Shown: positions 1 through 10,700 of the stretch, piece by piece | Layout: each line of letters opens with the position of its first letter | Numbering within the stretch: position 1 is the stretch's first letter | IMG/VR virus record: IMGVR_UViG_3300037796_000113 | Coordinates: 1 to 45,708 of that record | Strand: one strand, 5' to 3' | From: a virus | Taxonomy: Duplodnaviria > Caudoviricetes | DNA length: 45,708 nt | The notes under the pieces: model-generated | What the model was told of the DNA's origin: nothing | What the model saw: the letters and a program-made list of their open reading frames with translations, nothing else | Database searches by the model: none | Translations under genes and position numbers: made by a program

Positions 1-2787
1 AAGAAGCAGCGAAACCGCGAAGAGGTTCGTGCCATCACCAAGGAAGACCTTGCCGAGGAGCGCCGAAAGCAGCGCGAGCAGCGCAAGGCCCGTAAGGCCA
101 TAAAGCAGGCCTACCAGCAGGAGGTCTCCCAGATTGTTGGCGAAGATCTCGCCACGCTCATCAAGGAATCCGAAATGGCGGCCATGCAAAAGAAGGCCGA
201 GGAGCGGGCCGCCAAGCGCCTAAATCGGGAACGGATGGCCCCGGAGGGGGAGCGGTCGAAGAAAGAGGAGAAGGCCGTCGAGCAGGAGATGGAGAAGGCG
301 GTCAAGAAGAAGAAGCAGGCCGTTGCGAAGAGTCTCGAGTATAAGGCGATGGAGACCCTCGCCAATCAGTTCTCCTCAAGTGATGAGTTCGGCTCTCAGA
401 AAGAGATCGACCCAGCTACCCGCAAGGACATCATGGAGGCCCTCGACGAGGAGAAGGCCAAGGAGATTCTCAAGGCCAAGCGGGCGATGAAGAAGAAGCT
501 CAAAGAGGTTGCTGGGGCCGAGGCCGAGAAGGACTACGAGAGCATGAAGGTCGGTGAGGTCTTCGCTGGGGAGATGGGCTATACCGACGAGGAGATCATG
601 GCCGAGGTCAAGCAGAACATCGAGACGGCCAAGAACATTGAGTTCTATGACCGTATCAATCCCGGCTATGACAAGATCAAGAAGCACATAGATGCCGGTG
701 CGGCCGGTGCGCTGAATGGGATCGTCTCCGATGCGTACGGACTCGGGGCCATGTTCGATGAGAACGTCGTCAAGGAGTTGGGCGTTGAGGCCATGGCCCG
801 CGCTATTGCGAGTAAGCTCCAGATAGATGGTCGGGGACAAGCCGCACGGGATGCGCTCGTGGACTATATGGACAAGAATCGTGAGAAGACCGTGGATGAA
901 GCTATGCAGCGTGCCGATGAGGCGATGAATAACACCATCGCTATCAAAGAACTGGCCGAGGACAGCGAAGCGGGGTCTGCGGTGTTCTCCAAGCAGGTCG
1001 CAAACGGCTACTCTATTCGCCACCACCTCGAGGCCCAGCGATCCCTCGGTACGGCTGCGGGGAGCCTCCGGGCTGCCGCGCACCTTATCAACGCGCTGGA
1101 AGACCCACCGAATGAAATCATTCAGGTCGACCTTGGACGGGACTTGGTATCGGCCCGAAAGCGCATGCGACGGGCTGGGCTCTCCAAGGATCAGTATAAG
1201 ATGCAAAAGAACGCCAATGGCCGGTACGTCGGCGAGGTACCAGCGGCAGAGCTGGCCCCGTTGTTCGAGAAGAACCACGAGGAGCGCCAGAAGGACAAGA
1301 AGCTCGACGACATCAAGGCCCACCGGGCAAACACGGGTGAGTCCCCCGCTGAGATGGGTCTCCCGCTTGATTCCAAGTTTGGGTGGAAGAGCCCGGCACA
1401 AGAGGCCGGGTTCCGGTTCGTACGCGAGCAGAAGAAGGCAATTCTGGACTTTGAAGCCGGTATCGGAAAGACCTTCGTCGCGGGTGCTGCTATCGGTCAC
1501 GCCATGGCGAACGAAGGCAAAAAGCGGATTTTGGTTGCCGTTCCCGCAACCCTCAAGGAGCAGGGAGGGGAGGAACTGCGGAAGTTCCTACTCGACAACT
1601 ATAGTGACAAGATACGCACCGACAAGCAGAGCTGGTCTCCGGATAAACGTCGCTCTCAGTATGAACTCGAGGGCATCCACATCGTCAGCCACGACGCGCT
1701 AGTGAACGACGCCGATGCTCTCAGTAAGTACGATTGGGACATGGTAGTAGCGGACGAGGTACACCAGATGACCAATGCCAAGAAGAATGATCCCGGATCA
1801 GCCCGCTATCGCCAACTTGAGAAGTTCATGCACAAGGCCGACCGGGGGATCGCGATGACTGGTACCCCGGTCAAGAGCCACAAGCGGGAGGCGCATCGTC
1901 TTGTTCGGCTTATGAATCCGGCTCACGACTTGGGCTCCGAGGGGTCGTTTGAGAACCGGCACAAGAACATCGGTCATGGTACAAGTGCCTTCGCGGATTC
2001 CGAGCGTGAGGCCTTCCGGCAAGAGATGGCACGCTACAGCTACTCACAGAACATCCACCTCCCGGTCACCAATACCAAGGAGAACACCAAGGTCGATCTC
2101 ATTCCCGAGCAAAGAGATGCAATACGTAAGGCACAGGAGCAGTACAAACTGGAGCAAGAAAAGAAGCAGAAAGGTGCTGCCTCCCGACGCGATCAGCGGA
2201 TGTGGCGTATCACCCACCTCACTGGTGGGAGAAGTAACCCGAAGTTTAAGGCTATTGTAGACGACATCAGGAAGAACCGGGAGGGTCAGCGTGGGCTTCT
2301 GTTCTTCTCACAGGGCACCGCGACCATGGGTGCGTCCAGATATGCGAAGCAGCTCAATGAGGAGTTTGGCGAAGGCACCGCCGTCGCGATTTCCAGTAAC
2401 ACCCCCAGAAAGAAGGTGGAGCAGCTCAAGCGTCGTATCAATGAGCGAAATCCGGATGATCCGCTGCGGTTCCTTGTGGGAACCGAGACCTTGGCAACCG
2501 GGCACAACATTCAGGGCGCTGAGTTCGTCCACCACGTTGACGTGCCCGTATCGCAGGCACAGGCCGGTCAGCAGGAGGCCCGCGCCTATCGCACGGGGCA
2601 GGAATCAGATGTCACCACGAAGTCGTTCTATTCGGGTGATCCCAACGACATCAACAAGCGTCACAATCTCATGACCAAGGGCCGTGAATCCGACGTCATG
2701 GGTAACCCCAACGATGCGGCGACGCTGGATGAAGGCGGCTTCGGGGTAACGCTCAGGGCATTCGAACAGGAAAGGACGGGAGTGTAG
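1..2787 (+). CDS. SNF2-family (SF2) helicase/ATPase with long charged N-terminal region; probable virion-associated polyvalent protein; 5' end lies outside the window
   Basis: Frame is open from base 1. Motifs: Walker A DFEAGIGKT, VVADEVHQM, MTGTPV, TETLATGHNIQGA, QQEARAYRTGQ. Confidence 0.85.
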   Translation, partial: KKQRNREEVRAITKEDLAEERRKQREQRKARKAIKQAYQQEVSQIVGEDLATLIKESEMAAMQKKAEERAAKRLNRERMAPEGERSKKEEKAVEQEMEKAVKKKKQAVAKSLEYKAMETLANQFSSSDEFGSQKEIDPATRKDIMEALDEEKAKEILKAKRAMKKKLKEVAGAEAEKDYESMKVGEVFAGEMGYTDEEIMAEVKQNIETAKNIEFYDRINPGYDKIKKHIDAGAAGALNGIVSDAYGLGAMFDENVVKELGVEAMARAIASKLQIDGRGQAARDALVDYMDKNREKTVDEAMQRADEAMNNTIAIKELAEDSEAGSAVFSKQVANGYSIRHHLEAQRSLGTAAGSLRAAAHLINALEDPPNEIIQVDLGRDLVSARKRMRRAGLSKDQYKMQKNANGRYVGEVPAAELAPLFEKNHEERQKDKKLDDIKAHRANTGESPAEMGLPLDSKFGWKSPAQEAGFRFVREQKKAILDFEAGIGKTFVAGAAIGHAMANEGKKRILVAVPATLKEQGGEELRKFLLDNYSDKIRTDKQSWSPDKRRSQYELEGIHIVSHDALVNDADALSKYDWDMVVADEVHQMTNAKKNDPGSARYRQLEKFMHKADRGIAMTGTPVKSHKREAHRLVRLMNPAHDLGSEGSFENRHKNIGHGTSAFADSEREAFRQEMARYSYSQNIHLPVTNTKENTKVDLIPEQRDAIRKAQEQYKLEQEKKQKGAASRRDQRMWRITHLTGGRSNPKFKAIVDDIRKNREGQRGLLFFSQGTATMGASRYAKQLNEEFGEGTAVAISSNTPRKKVEQLKRRINERNPDDPLRFLVGTETLATGHNIQGAEFVHHVDVPVSQAQAGQQEARAYRTGQESDVTTKSFYSGDPNDINKRHNLMTKGRESDVMGNPNDAATLDEGGFGVTLRAFEQERTGV

Positions 2788-2791
2788 AGCT

Positions 2792-3934
2792 ATGGCAGAG
2801 ACCAAGATGGGGAACGAGCTGAACGCGCTCGCGGACAAGGTAGAGAATCGGCTTGCCGAGATGAAGGCGAACTCCACGAAGATGGCCGACGAGTCTCGCA
2901 AGATCATGGAGATAGCGGAGAAGCGGGTAAAGGAGGCGAACAAGGCGCTCAAGGCGCTCGAGTTTCGACTCAAGCCCTACGTGGAGGGAAAGAAGGAGCC
3001 CGACGACAGCTATGAAGACCTCTATGACCGCTACATGGGGTGGCTCATCGAGCGCAAGGAGATGCAGCACACCATGATCATGGCCGAGGAGGCCATCGCC
3101 GAGGAAGAGCTTGGGAACACCGGCGGCGTCACCCCGCCGACCTATCGATTCGGGCCCCAGTCCAAGCCGGTGGACAAGACCGGAGACTACGACCTGAAGA
3201 AATCAATCGACGAGGTCTACCTACCACTGGAGAAGGGTGGATTCCCCCCGGGTACGATTCGAACGTGGGGTGGGCAGAAATACATCAAGCTGGCCAATGG
3301 CAAGTGGCGGCCGTACACCGAGAAGATACCGAAGAAGATCAAGAACCTCGCCTATGAGAAAGATCGGGCGCACTCGCTGGACATGATCCGACGTATGTAC
3401 GCACGACGTCCCAAGGGTCAAGGCGAGGAGATGCCAATAGCCTCTGAGGCAGACCTCGATAAAATACTGAAGAATACTACCTACTCGATGATCAGTGCGG
3501 GTCGGAATCCGGAAGACCCCGAGGACATGAAGCTCACCGAGGCTCAGATCAATGAGCGCACCGAAGCGATGAAGCGAGACCTCACAGACCTTGGATTCGT
3601 TATCACCCCGGCGCAGGGTAAGTACGGCTCTCCTGAGGAGAGCTTCATGGTGTTCACCCACGACGCCGACCGCGATGAGATGATGGAGATGGGGGCGAAG
3701 TACAAGCAGGACAGCATCGTGTTTGTGAAGAATGGTAAGCGAAACGAGATGATCTTCACCTCCGGACCGAATAAGGGCAAGGCCGATATGGTCGGTACAG
3801 GCTACGAGAAGAAGCCGGTGAAGGCAGACGATGACTTCTACACCGACATACAGGCTGGGAGCAAGACCATCCGGTTCACGGTGAACTTCGGCAACCTCGA
3901 GAAGGCGATACGGAGGATGATCAATCGTGGATGA
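2792..3934 (+). CDS. Tagged head-region protein: coiled-coil N-terminus, LEKG-PPGTIRTWGG tag, C-terminal DUF3293-like domain
   Basis: 380-aa ORF. C-terminal motifs MISAGRNP...N..RTEAMKRDL...GKYGSPEESFMV...GAKYKQDSI resemble DUF3293-like domains of phage polyvalent proteins (recognised by eye). Confidence 0.65.
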   Translation: MAETKMGNELNALADKVENRLAEMKANSTKMADESRKIMEIAEKRVKEANKALKALEFRLKPYVEGKKEPDDSYEDLYDRYMGWLIERKEMQHTMIMAEEAIAEEELGNTGGVTPPTYRFGPQSKPVDKTGDYDLKKSIDEVYLPLEKGGFPPGTIRTWGGQKYIKLANGKWRPYTEKIPKKIKNLAYEKDRAHSLDMIRRMYARRPKGQGEEMPIASEADLDKILKNTTYSMISAGRNPEDPEDMKLTEAQINERTEAMKRDLTDLGFVITPAQGKYGSPEESFMVFTHDADRDEMMEMGAKYKQDSIVFVKNGKRNEMIFTSGPNKGKADMVGTGYEKKPVKADDDFYTDIQAGSKTIRFTVNFGNLEKAIRRMINRG

Positions 3935-4214
3935 GGATGTACAGCAGGTAGAAGAAGAGGCCAAGCGAGGCGGCACCGACTACAAGCACACCCTGACCTA
4001 CCGGTGGATGGTCAGGGTCGCTCGTATCGTGTGGTTCTGGTCGATCTTCGCCCTGCTACTGGCGGTGGCACAGGTGGTGCTATTCGCGTTCACCGAAAAC
4101 GGTCAGGCGATCCCCGGTTCCGGGGCGGTCTATGCGGGGGCAGCTACTATCGCCGCTGCATTCGTTGGGGGGGAGAAAATCGTGAAGAAGATGAAGGGGA
4201 AGACCAATGCGTAA
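3927..4214 (+). CDS. Small two-TM membrane protein
   Basis: Two hydrophobic segments (IVWFWSIFALLLAVAQVVLFAF; GAVYAGAATIAAAFVGG), basic C-terminus, GGAGG upstream, overlaps both neighbours. Confidence 0.65.
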   Translation: MDEDVQQVEEEAKRGGTDYKHTLTYRWMVRVARIVWFWSIFALLLAVAQVVLFAFTENGQAIPGSGAVYAGAATIAAAFVGGEKIVKKMKGKTNA

Positions 4215-6045
4215 ACAGCTCCACCTTATTCCCATCCACGGCCGGATGCTCCCAGCTCACATCGTCCCGCTGAAGAAGGGCAAGGCGTACGCAATCGGAT
4301 ATGTCTCACACCGCAAGGATGGAGACTATCGCAAGGTCGCCAAGAACAAGTGGGTGCGAATCCGAAAGCCGTCCGAGCAGGAGCCGCAGAACGAAGCCGA
4401 AGTGAAGCGAAACACTTTCATTCAGGTTGGTGGCCCCGAAGGGGCTACTCATTTAACGAATCTACCGGAGTGGGCCTTCGGTGGAGTATATCAATTAGGT
4501 GGGCATACGTTTGTGGCAACACGAAAGTACAAGACGATGAAGGGTGGTGAGGCGCTTCTTTCAGGTGCGTGGACATTCACGGAGATTACTACCGGTTTGA
4601 ATGTTAGTGGGTCGGTACCAGCCACGACACCAGAGCAGGCCAAGAAGGATGCAGAGAAAAAGCTGTATGAATACGCCAACAAGTTTGGAACAACGATACA
4701 AGAATCATTAGACAGGGTCATATCCAAAGCCAGAGAGAAATCCCCGGAAGACCCGGTCATCTTTACTGGTCCCTATCTCAAGGGAATGGGAGACAAGGAC
4801 TGGATGCAGTTGGCCACGGACGTTGCCAAGGCCTATGGGGATGAGGAGTCCCCAAATTGGATAGACGTCAAGAATCAAGTATCAAACTACTATGATGAGG
4901 TGGTCGTAGGTGGTGGATACGCCAGCCCCCATGGTGCTGAGTTGTGGTTCGTTAAGAACCGTGACAATCTCCCTGACGAGTTGTACGACTTTATTCGGCT
5001 ACGTACGGGGAAGCAAGAGTTGGCCAAGAACATTTGGGAGATGGCAAAAATACAGCCGACATGGACGCAGGAGGTCTACGCAAAGTACGACACCAACGAA
5101 ACGGAGATTCTGGATGTGATTTCAAATTATCTTCTCGACCGGATGACCACGAAAAAGTGGGGCAAGGGGGAGTGGAGAGACTTGATAGAAGATATCGATC
5201 TGGATGAAATGAAGCCAAGAGGTGGGCTTGAAATGACCGCCATTCTGGGTCACCTGAATGAAGTCTTCGAAAACAAACTAACCACATATGAACAGGAAGA
5301 GGAGTACAGGTACTACGACGATCCTTACGATACGCTCCCCGATAGCATTCATTTTGATACCGATGGGTGGTGGACAAACCGTGAGCTGTATGATCTCGGG
5401 GCGTGGGTCACCGGGGCGGTTCGAAATCCTCGAAACGCGGTCAAGAACCGCGACAGTAAACGTCGGGAGAATCCCGACGCTCGTGCTGATCCTGAAGTAG
5501 AAGATGATATTGCCTACGTCATCATGGAAAAGATGCAGCGACACCCAGACGTGCAAAAGCTCTTCCGTGGCACGACCAACTCCGCATGGAAAGAGGCTCA
5601 ACCCGGTGACATTCTCGAGGTTGGAATTGCCTCATTTACCCACGATGAGGGTATAGCGAAACGGGAGTTCGGAAGCGGTTCCGAAGGGGCGGTGTTAGTG
5701 ATAGACCGGGAAAACTACGACGGCGGTGGATTCTTAGGGGTCGACATATACAACATGCTTCTCGAGATGAAAGACGGAGCTACGCCAGAAGAGGCCCGTT
5801 TGATTGACTCCTCTCAGGTGAACGCACACGAGCGAGAATCGGAGTTCATTCTTCGGGCTCCTCGGCTTGAGGTGCTGGGAGTGGAGGAACGAGATTACGG
5901 ACCCCCGCACGTACACGTACGGCTCGTGGATGCCGACCTTCTCGAGAAGGCGATATGGAACGCCTCAAGGGACTACGATCGCATCGCCCGGATGGAGCGC
6001 ACCTTCGACTATCACCTCGCTGATGAGCCAGAGGAGTGGGAATGA
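4207..6045 (+). CDS. Tagged protein with C-terminal R-S-E class ADP-ribosyltransferase (Alt/Mod/VIP2-like fold)
   Basis: LFRG (R at ~5566), IASFT, ERESEFIL (ExE at ~5836-5844); N-terminal LKKG tag; C-terminal LEKA. Confidence 0.75.
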   Translation: MRKQLHLIPIHGRMLPAHIVPLKKGKAYAIGYVSHRKDGDYRKVAKNKWVRIRKPSEQEPQNEAEVKRNTFIQVGGPEGATHLTNLPEWAFGGVYQLGGHTFVATRKYKTMKGGEALLSGAWTFTEITTGLNVSGSVPATTPEQAKKDAEKKLYEYANKFGTTIQESLDRVISKAREKSPEDPVIFTGPYLKGMGDKDWMQLATDVAKAYGDEESPNWIDVKNQVSNYYDEVVVGGGYASPHGAELWFVKNRDNLPDELYDFIRLRTGKQELAKNIWEMAKIQPTWTQEVYAKYDTNETEILDVISNYLLDRMTTKKWGKGEWRDLIEDIDLDEMKPRGGLEMTAILGHLNEVFENKLTTYEQEEEYRYYDDPYDTLPDSIHFDTDGWWTNRELYDLGAWVTGAVRNPRNAVKNRDSKRRENPDARADPEVEDDIAYVIMEKMQRHPDVQKLFRGTTNSAWKEAQPGDILEVGIASFTHDEGIAKREFGSGSEGAVLVIDRENYDGGGFLGVDIYNMLLEMKDGATPEEARLIDSSQVNAHERESEFILRAPRLEVLGVEERDYGPPHVHVRLVDADLLEKAIWNASRDYDRIARMERTFDYHLADEPEEWE

Positions 6046-7520
6046 AACTGATTGTGAAGTCCGATAAATACCCGCCAACCAGACGCACACACGGGCGGAT
6101 GATACCGATCCTTATCTTCCCACTGGAGAAGGGGAAGCAGCTCCCAATTGGTCACGTCTCACGTCGGAAGGACGGAGACTATCGCAAGGTCTCAAAGAAC
6201 AAGTGGGTGCAGGTCAAGAAAAGGGACTCGTCTGATAGCAAGGACAAGCAGAAGAAAGAGCGCAAAGAGAAGATCGACCTGATCGCTGAGTTTATGGTTT
6301 CGATGCACCACAATCCGGATAAGGCGAAAAAGAGCAACGTCAGATCGTGGATTGAGAATGAGATGACGGATGATGAGATACAAGTGACCTCGGATGCCCT
6401 TCGAAAAAATGGTCATGTGAACATTCGGTCTGCGACGTGGGATCGGATAACCGGACAGATGCTCAAGTGGGCGATTACGTTCGATTTGACGGTTGAGGAC
6501 GCTCAGGAAGCAGATCGCGTTTTTAACAATGGCGTATTGGATATACTCCCTGCTTTGGCGATCAATGATGTTTTGGACTGGGCGCTGAAACACCACGAAG
6601 ACGACTTTAAGTCTTCCGTACTGAACAGTAAGAAGCTATCAGCGAGAGACATTGCCGAAGCGGTACGGAATGACCTTCCGGTGGATGACATCCTTCGTGA
6701 GAAGGAATCGCGACAGAAGCAGCCCTATCAATCGTGGGAGCCCAAACGGCGTGAACGGGCCCTGCAATCATGGGATGTTACCGAGAGTACGAAACTGGAT
6801 GCCGGGGTCAATAAGACTGAACAGGTGACCATGACAGACGCGGAGACGGGGGATCAGATACAGGCGTGCTGGAAGCCGAAGTTGGGGGAAAAAGCGCGTC
6901 TTCGGAAATATATCGCGGGGGGCACCTACTATACCCGTGAGGCGGCCGCATATGAGATAGACAAGGCGCTGGGCCTCGGAATGGTACCTCCGACGGTGAT
7001 TGCTGAATCCGAGTCCGGAGAGGTAGGTTCAATGCAGGAATGGGTACCTGATGCCGAACTTGCGGCCTATCTTACCAACTCTGAGCGTAGGACAGCAATT
7101 TCGGAGGAGACAAAGATCAAGGCTGCTATGATGGATTTCTTGTTGATGAACGCAGATCGGCACAGTGGCAACTACATGATTAATATGGAAAGCGGTCAGG
7201 TGCACCTGATAGACAATGGGCTGGCACTGCCGACAGGTGGTTCCACTAATGAGAATCTCAATTCCCGTTTTGCTCAAGATATGAAGATTATGGAGAGCGA
7301 GCTGTCGGCCGATATGAAGAAGGCGCTCAAAAGTGTTGATATCAATAACTTGTGCGAGACGCTATTGGAGATGGGCATAGAGCCGGAGGCAGTTGATGGG
7401 TTCTACCAGCGGTTCAGGTGGTTGCGCAAGAAGAAGAAGCCAAAGATTCCGGGGTTTGTAGACACTGACGAACAGCCGTGGACTCTCGAGCCATTATACA
7501 CGGAAAAGAGGAAATCATGA
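6042..7520 (+). CDS. Tagged protein with PI3/4-kinase-like (HipA/CtkA-like) kinase domain
   Basis: WKPKLGE, REAAAYEID..LGLGMVPPTV, GSMQEWV, DFLLMNADRHSGN, LIDNGLAL. Start set at ATG 6042 (GAGGAG SD, ATGA overlap with upstream stop). Confidence 0.8.
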   Translation: MKLIVKSDKYPPTRRTHGRMIPILIFPLEKGKQLPIGHVSRRKDGDYRKVSKNKWVQVKKRDSSDSKDKQKKERKEKIDLIAEFMVSMHHNPDKAKKSNVRSWIENEMTDDEIQVTSDALRKNGHVNIRSATWDRITGQMLKWAITFDLTVEDAQEADRVFNNGVLDILPALAINDVLDWALKHHEDDFKSSVLNSKKLSARDIAEAVRNDLPVDDILREKESRQKQPYQSWEPKRRERALQSWDVTESTKLDAGVNKTEQVTMTDAETGDQIQACWKPKLGEKARLRKYIAGGTYYTREAAAYEIDKALGLGMVPPTVIAESESGEVGSMQEWVPDAELAAYLTNSERRTAISEETKIKAAMMDFLLMNADRHSGNYMINMESGQVHLIDNGLALPTGGSTNENLNSRFAQDMKIMESELSADMKKALKSVDINNLCETLLEMGIEPEAVDGFYQRFRWLRKKKKPKIPGFVDTDEQPWTLEPLYTEKRKS

Positions 7521-7759
7521 GAGCTGAGATAATCGAGTACGGAACGCATGTGAATCTGATTGTGGCCGACGTTGATCTGAATGAAGACGGAACGGCCCGC
7601 GTATCTTCTACGAGAGATGGACTCTTGGAGATGCTGAACGATCATATTCTGAATACGAACGGAGACAAGCTGACAACGGATGATGGAGAGGCGTTCATAC
7701 ACGCACTTCCGTATCAGTTTACCGGTTCCAGATTGCGGGCGAGGGTTGTGGGGGACTGA
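7517..7759 (+). CDS. Small hypothetical protein translationally coupled to the kinase gene (possible immunity/partner)
   Basis: ATGA overlap with kinase stop, GAGG SD; 80 aa. Confidence 0.6.
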   Translation: MRAEIIEYGTHVNLIVADVDLNEDGTARVSSTRDGLLEMLNDHILNTNGDKLTTDDGEAFIHALPYQFTGSRLRARVVGD

Positions 7760-10700
7760 ATGTCCAAGTACCTGCGAAAGTATTGGAAGAACAATCGATG
7801 GCACTACTCACTGGCCGCGCAGACCGGTCTAGAAAAATCCAATGAATACCCACCGGGTACTATCCGAACCCACGGCGGGATTCAAAAGATGAAGACCGTG
7901 AAGGGGGACTGGGTGCCGGTCTCAACCGGCAAGCAATCCGGCGGCCCTCCGAAGTACACGAAGATCAAGAATCTGGGTGGAACAACCGGCGGGGCATACC
8001 TCGTGGAGCTGGAAAGCGGCGAGAAAAAGGTGCTGAAACGATCCACCTCCCCCAGCCACCTCAAAGAGGAGTACACCGCGAACCGTATTTATGATGTACT
8101 CGGCGTCCCCGCACCGAAGGCCCGGCTTTACCGCGAGGGATCGGATGTCATGCAGATGACCGACTATATCGAGGGCACCCCGCTGGGTGAACTGTCAGGG
8201 GAGGAGCGTGCTGAGGCCGAGGAGAGCCTCCGAGAGGGATTCGTCGCCGATGCGCTTCTCGGCAACTGGGACGTCCTCGGCACGGGCGATGACAACATCC
8301 TGTGGGACGGGGAGACCGCGTGGCGTATCGACAACGGCGGTGCACTTCGCTATCGGGCGCAGGGGGCCCAAAAGGGTTCGAAGTTCGGCCCGGAGGTCAC
8401 CGAGCTGGATACCCTCCGCGATCCAAAGCGGTCTGCGGCCCGGGTATTCGGGTCTGTCACCGATGAAGAAATCGCCCGACAGGCTTCCGAGATCATCGCC
8501 AAGCGGGATCAGATACTAGATGCAATCGCAGACCCAGACCTGCGAGAGACGATGTCAAAACGGATCGACTCACTGGCCGAACAGACCGGGCTCGCAAAAT
8601 CCAAGGGCTACCCGCCCGGTACTATCAGAACGCACGGGCGCGTGAAGAAGATGAAGCTCTACGACGGTAGCTGGATACCGGTGAAGAAGCTACAGGCGAA
8701 GGCAGACAAGCCCGCCGGGAAGACCACGGACTCACTTTCTACTCCGTCGATGGAGTGGAAGAGAAAGGGGGTGAAGGCGCAGGTGTTCAAGTCGTGGTTC
8801 GGGGACTGGGAGAACGACCCCGAACACGCCTCGAAGGTCGTCGACAATCAGGGCCGTCCGCAGGAGCAGCACAACGCCTCGCGGCTGTCTGAGACCCCGA
8901 AGCCGGTCTACCACGGGACCGCTACCGGCGGGTATACGCAGTTCGACCCTGAGAAGGCATCCGAGGGAAATCTCTACGGGGCCGGATTCTACTTCACCGA
9001 GGATCAGGGGATCGCCAATGAGTATCTTGAGAAGGAAGACACCGCCGATAACGTAGAGATTGACCATCCGTTCACGCCCGAGGAATCCGATGAAATCCGG
9101 TCGTACATCGAACAGATATCGAACTCGCCACGGTTCAAGGATGAATACACGGGAGATGCTAAACGGACTGTCTTAATCGAGTTTCTCCAACCATACGGAT
9201 TCTATCGTGAGAATGGGCGAACTCGTATATTGACAGACCATTTTGTTCGTAGCGCTCTCGCCCGAGGGGGCCCGTTGGCTGAGGATGTTGCCACAAAGCT
9301 CGATGAGTTAGGCATCGACTATGAAATACGGGGGCGACCACAAGTTTACGAGGTATATCTCAATATCCGAAATCCGTTCGATCTGGAGCGGGACAAGGTT
9401 TCAGTTTCGATTATCCCCTCGGCTGCTGAGCGGAGAATCAAGGAGGGGGGATCTGCCACCGATGAATTGACCTATCGCTCTATTCTCAAATTGATGTATC
9501 CCGAAAATCGGCGTATGAAGGGGCTCGCCGCGATGCGCGGAAAGGAAGAATTGAACAAGGCGCTTCGAGATATGGGATACGACGGGTTCACCCACATTGG
9601 TGGACGAAACATGGGAACCCGTGAACACCGGGTATGGATCGCGTTCGAACCGACGCAGATCAAGTCTACTTCCAATGAGGGTACCTTCGACCCGAAGAAT
9701 CCGGATATCAACAAGTCTCTGATGGAGGTATTCTCTGAGCTGATCAAGGCTCGGGGAGTTAAGGCACAGATCGGCGAGATCGTGGTGCGCAAAGACGGCC
9801 GTCGGGTGCAGAAGGTCGGACCGAACAAGTGGAAGCGGATCTCCGGGAAGCAGAATCCGACCACGAAACAGCGTGAGGAGAAGATCGAAGATCGGGGAGA
9901 GGAAATCTTCGATGAGGTGATCGCAGGACACGGTCTTCCCAGCATGGTTGCACAGGAGGTCATGGAGGATCAGTTCAACATCCGCAGCTACGACGACCTC
10001 GTGCAGTTCGTGCAGGGTCAGGCGAGGAAGCCGAGTGCAAAGATCGCTCAGCGCAAAGACGCGGGGCAGAATCCGTTGTCGAAACTGTATCAAAGTGTTA
10101 AGTCCGAGTTACAGAATGAGTTCAAGGAGCGCTACGGCGACCGTGGAGACGCCATCACCGGGGCCGGGCAGAACATGTTGAAGCAGCTCGCCTCCCTGCT
10201 CATCGACCTCCGTGACGTTCACAAGCAGCCGTTGAGTGAAGAGCAGAAGCTCACCGTACGCTACGGGACGGCGGCCGGGAAGCAGTCGGTACAGTACAAG
10301 AAGCCTGAGGAGAGCGACGTCCCGCAGGAGGCGAAACAGGCGGCGGCGAAGAAGCTCAAGGGTTGGGATGGAAAAAACCTCCCCTCTGTGAGCAAGGTGC
10401 GCCAGCTTACCAAGACCAAGTGGGCACAGGTGACCAAGGGCAAGATCGACCCCAAGCGCAAGTTCGTGATACGGGGGGCTGTCGGAGCGAACATTACCTC
10501 AAACAAGGGAATCATCGTCCCCTTCCGTGAGAGTGAGGAGGGGATTAAGGTGTACTTAGAGCAGCGGAAGTCCGGGAAGAAGTCGACCGGGAAGCAAACG
10601 TCCGGCGCTGGCAAGAAGTCCCCGCACCGGAAGACGACGATGGTATCTCAGGTAGAGGTAACCGTACCGTATGCACTCGCCGAAGACTTCCTGTTACAGA

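Noticed and set aside
376-1500. 374-aa minus-strand ORF (also 3221..3976, 14625..15413, 22156..23088 and similar)
   Set aside because: Antisense shadows of well-supported + strand genes; no motifs, and composition typical of reverse-frame ORFs in GC-rich coding DNA.
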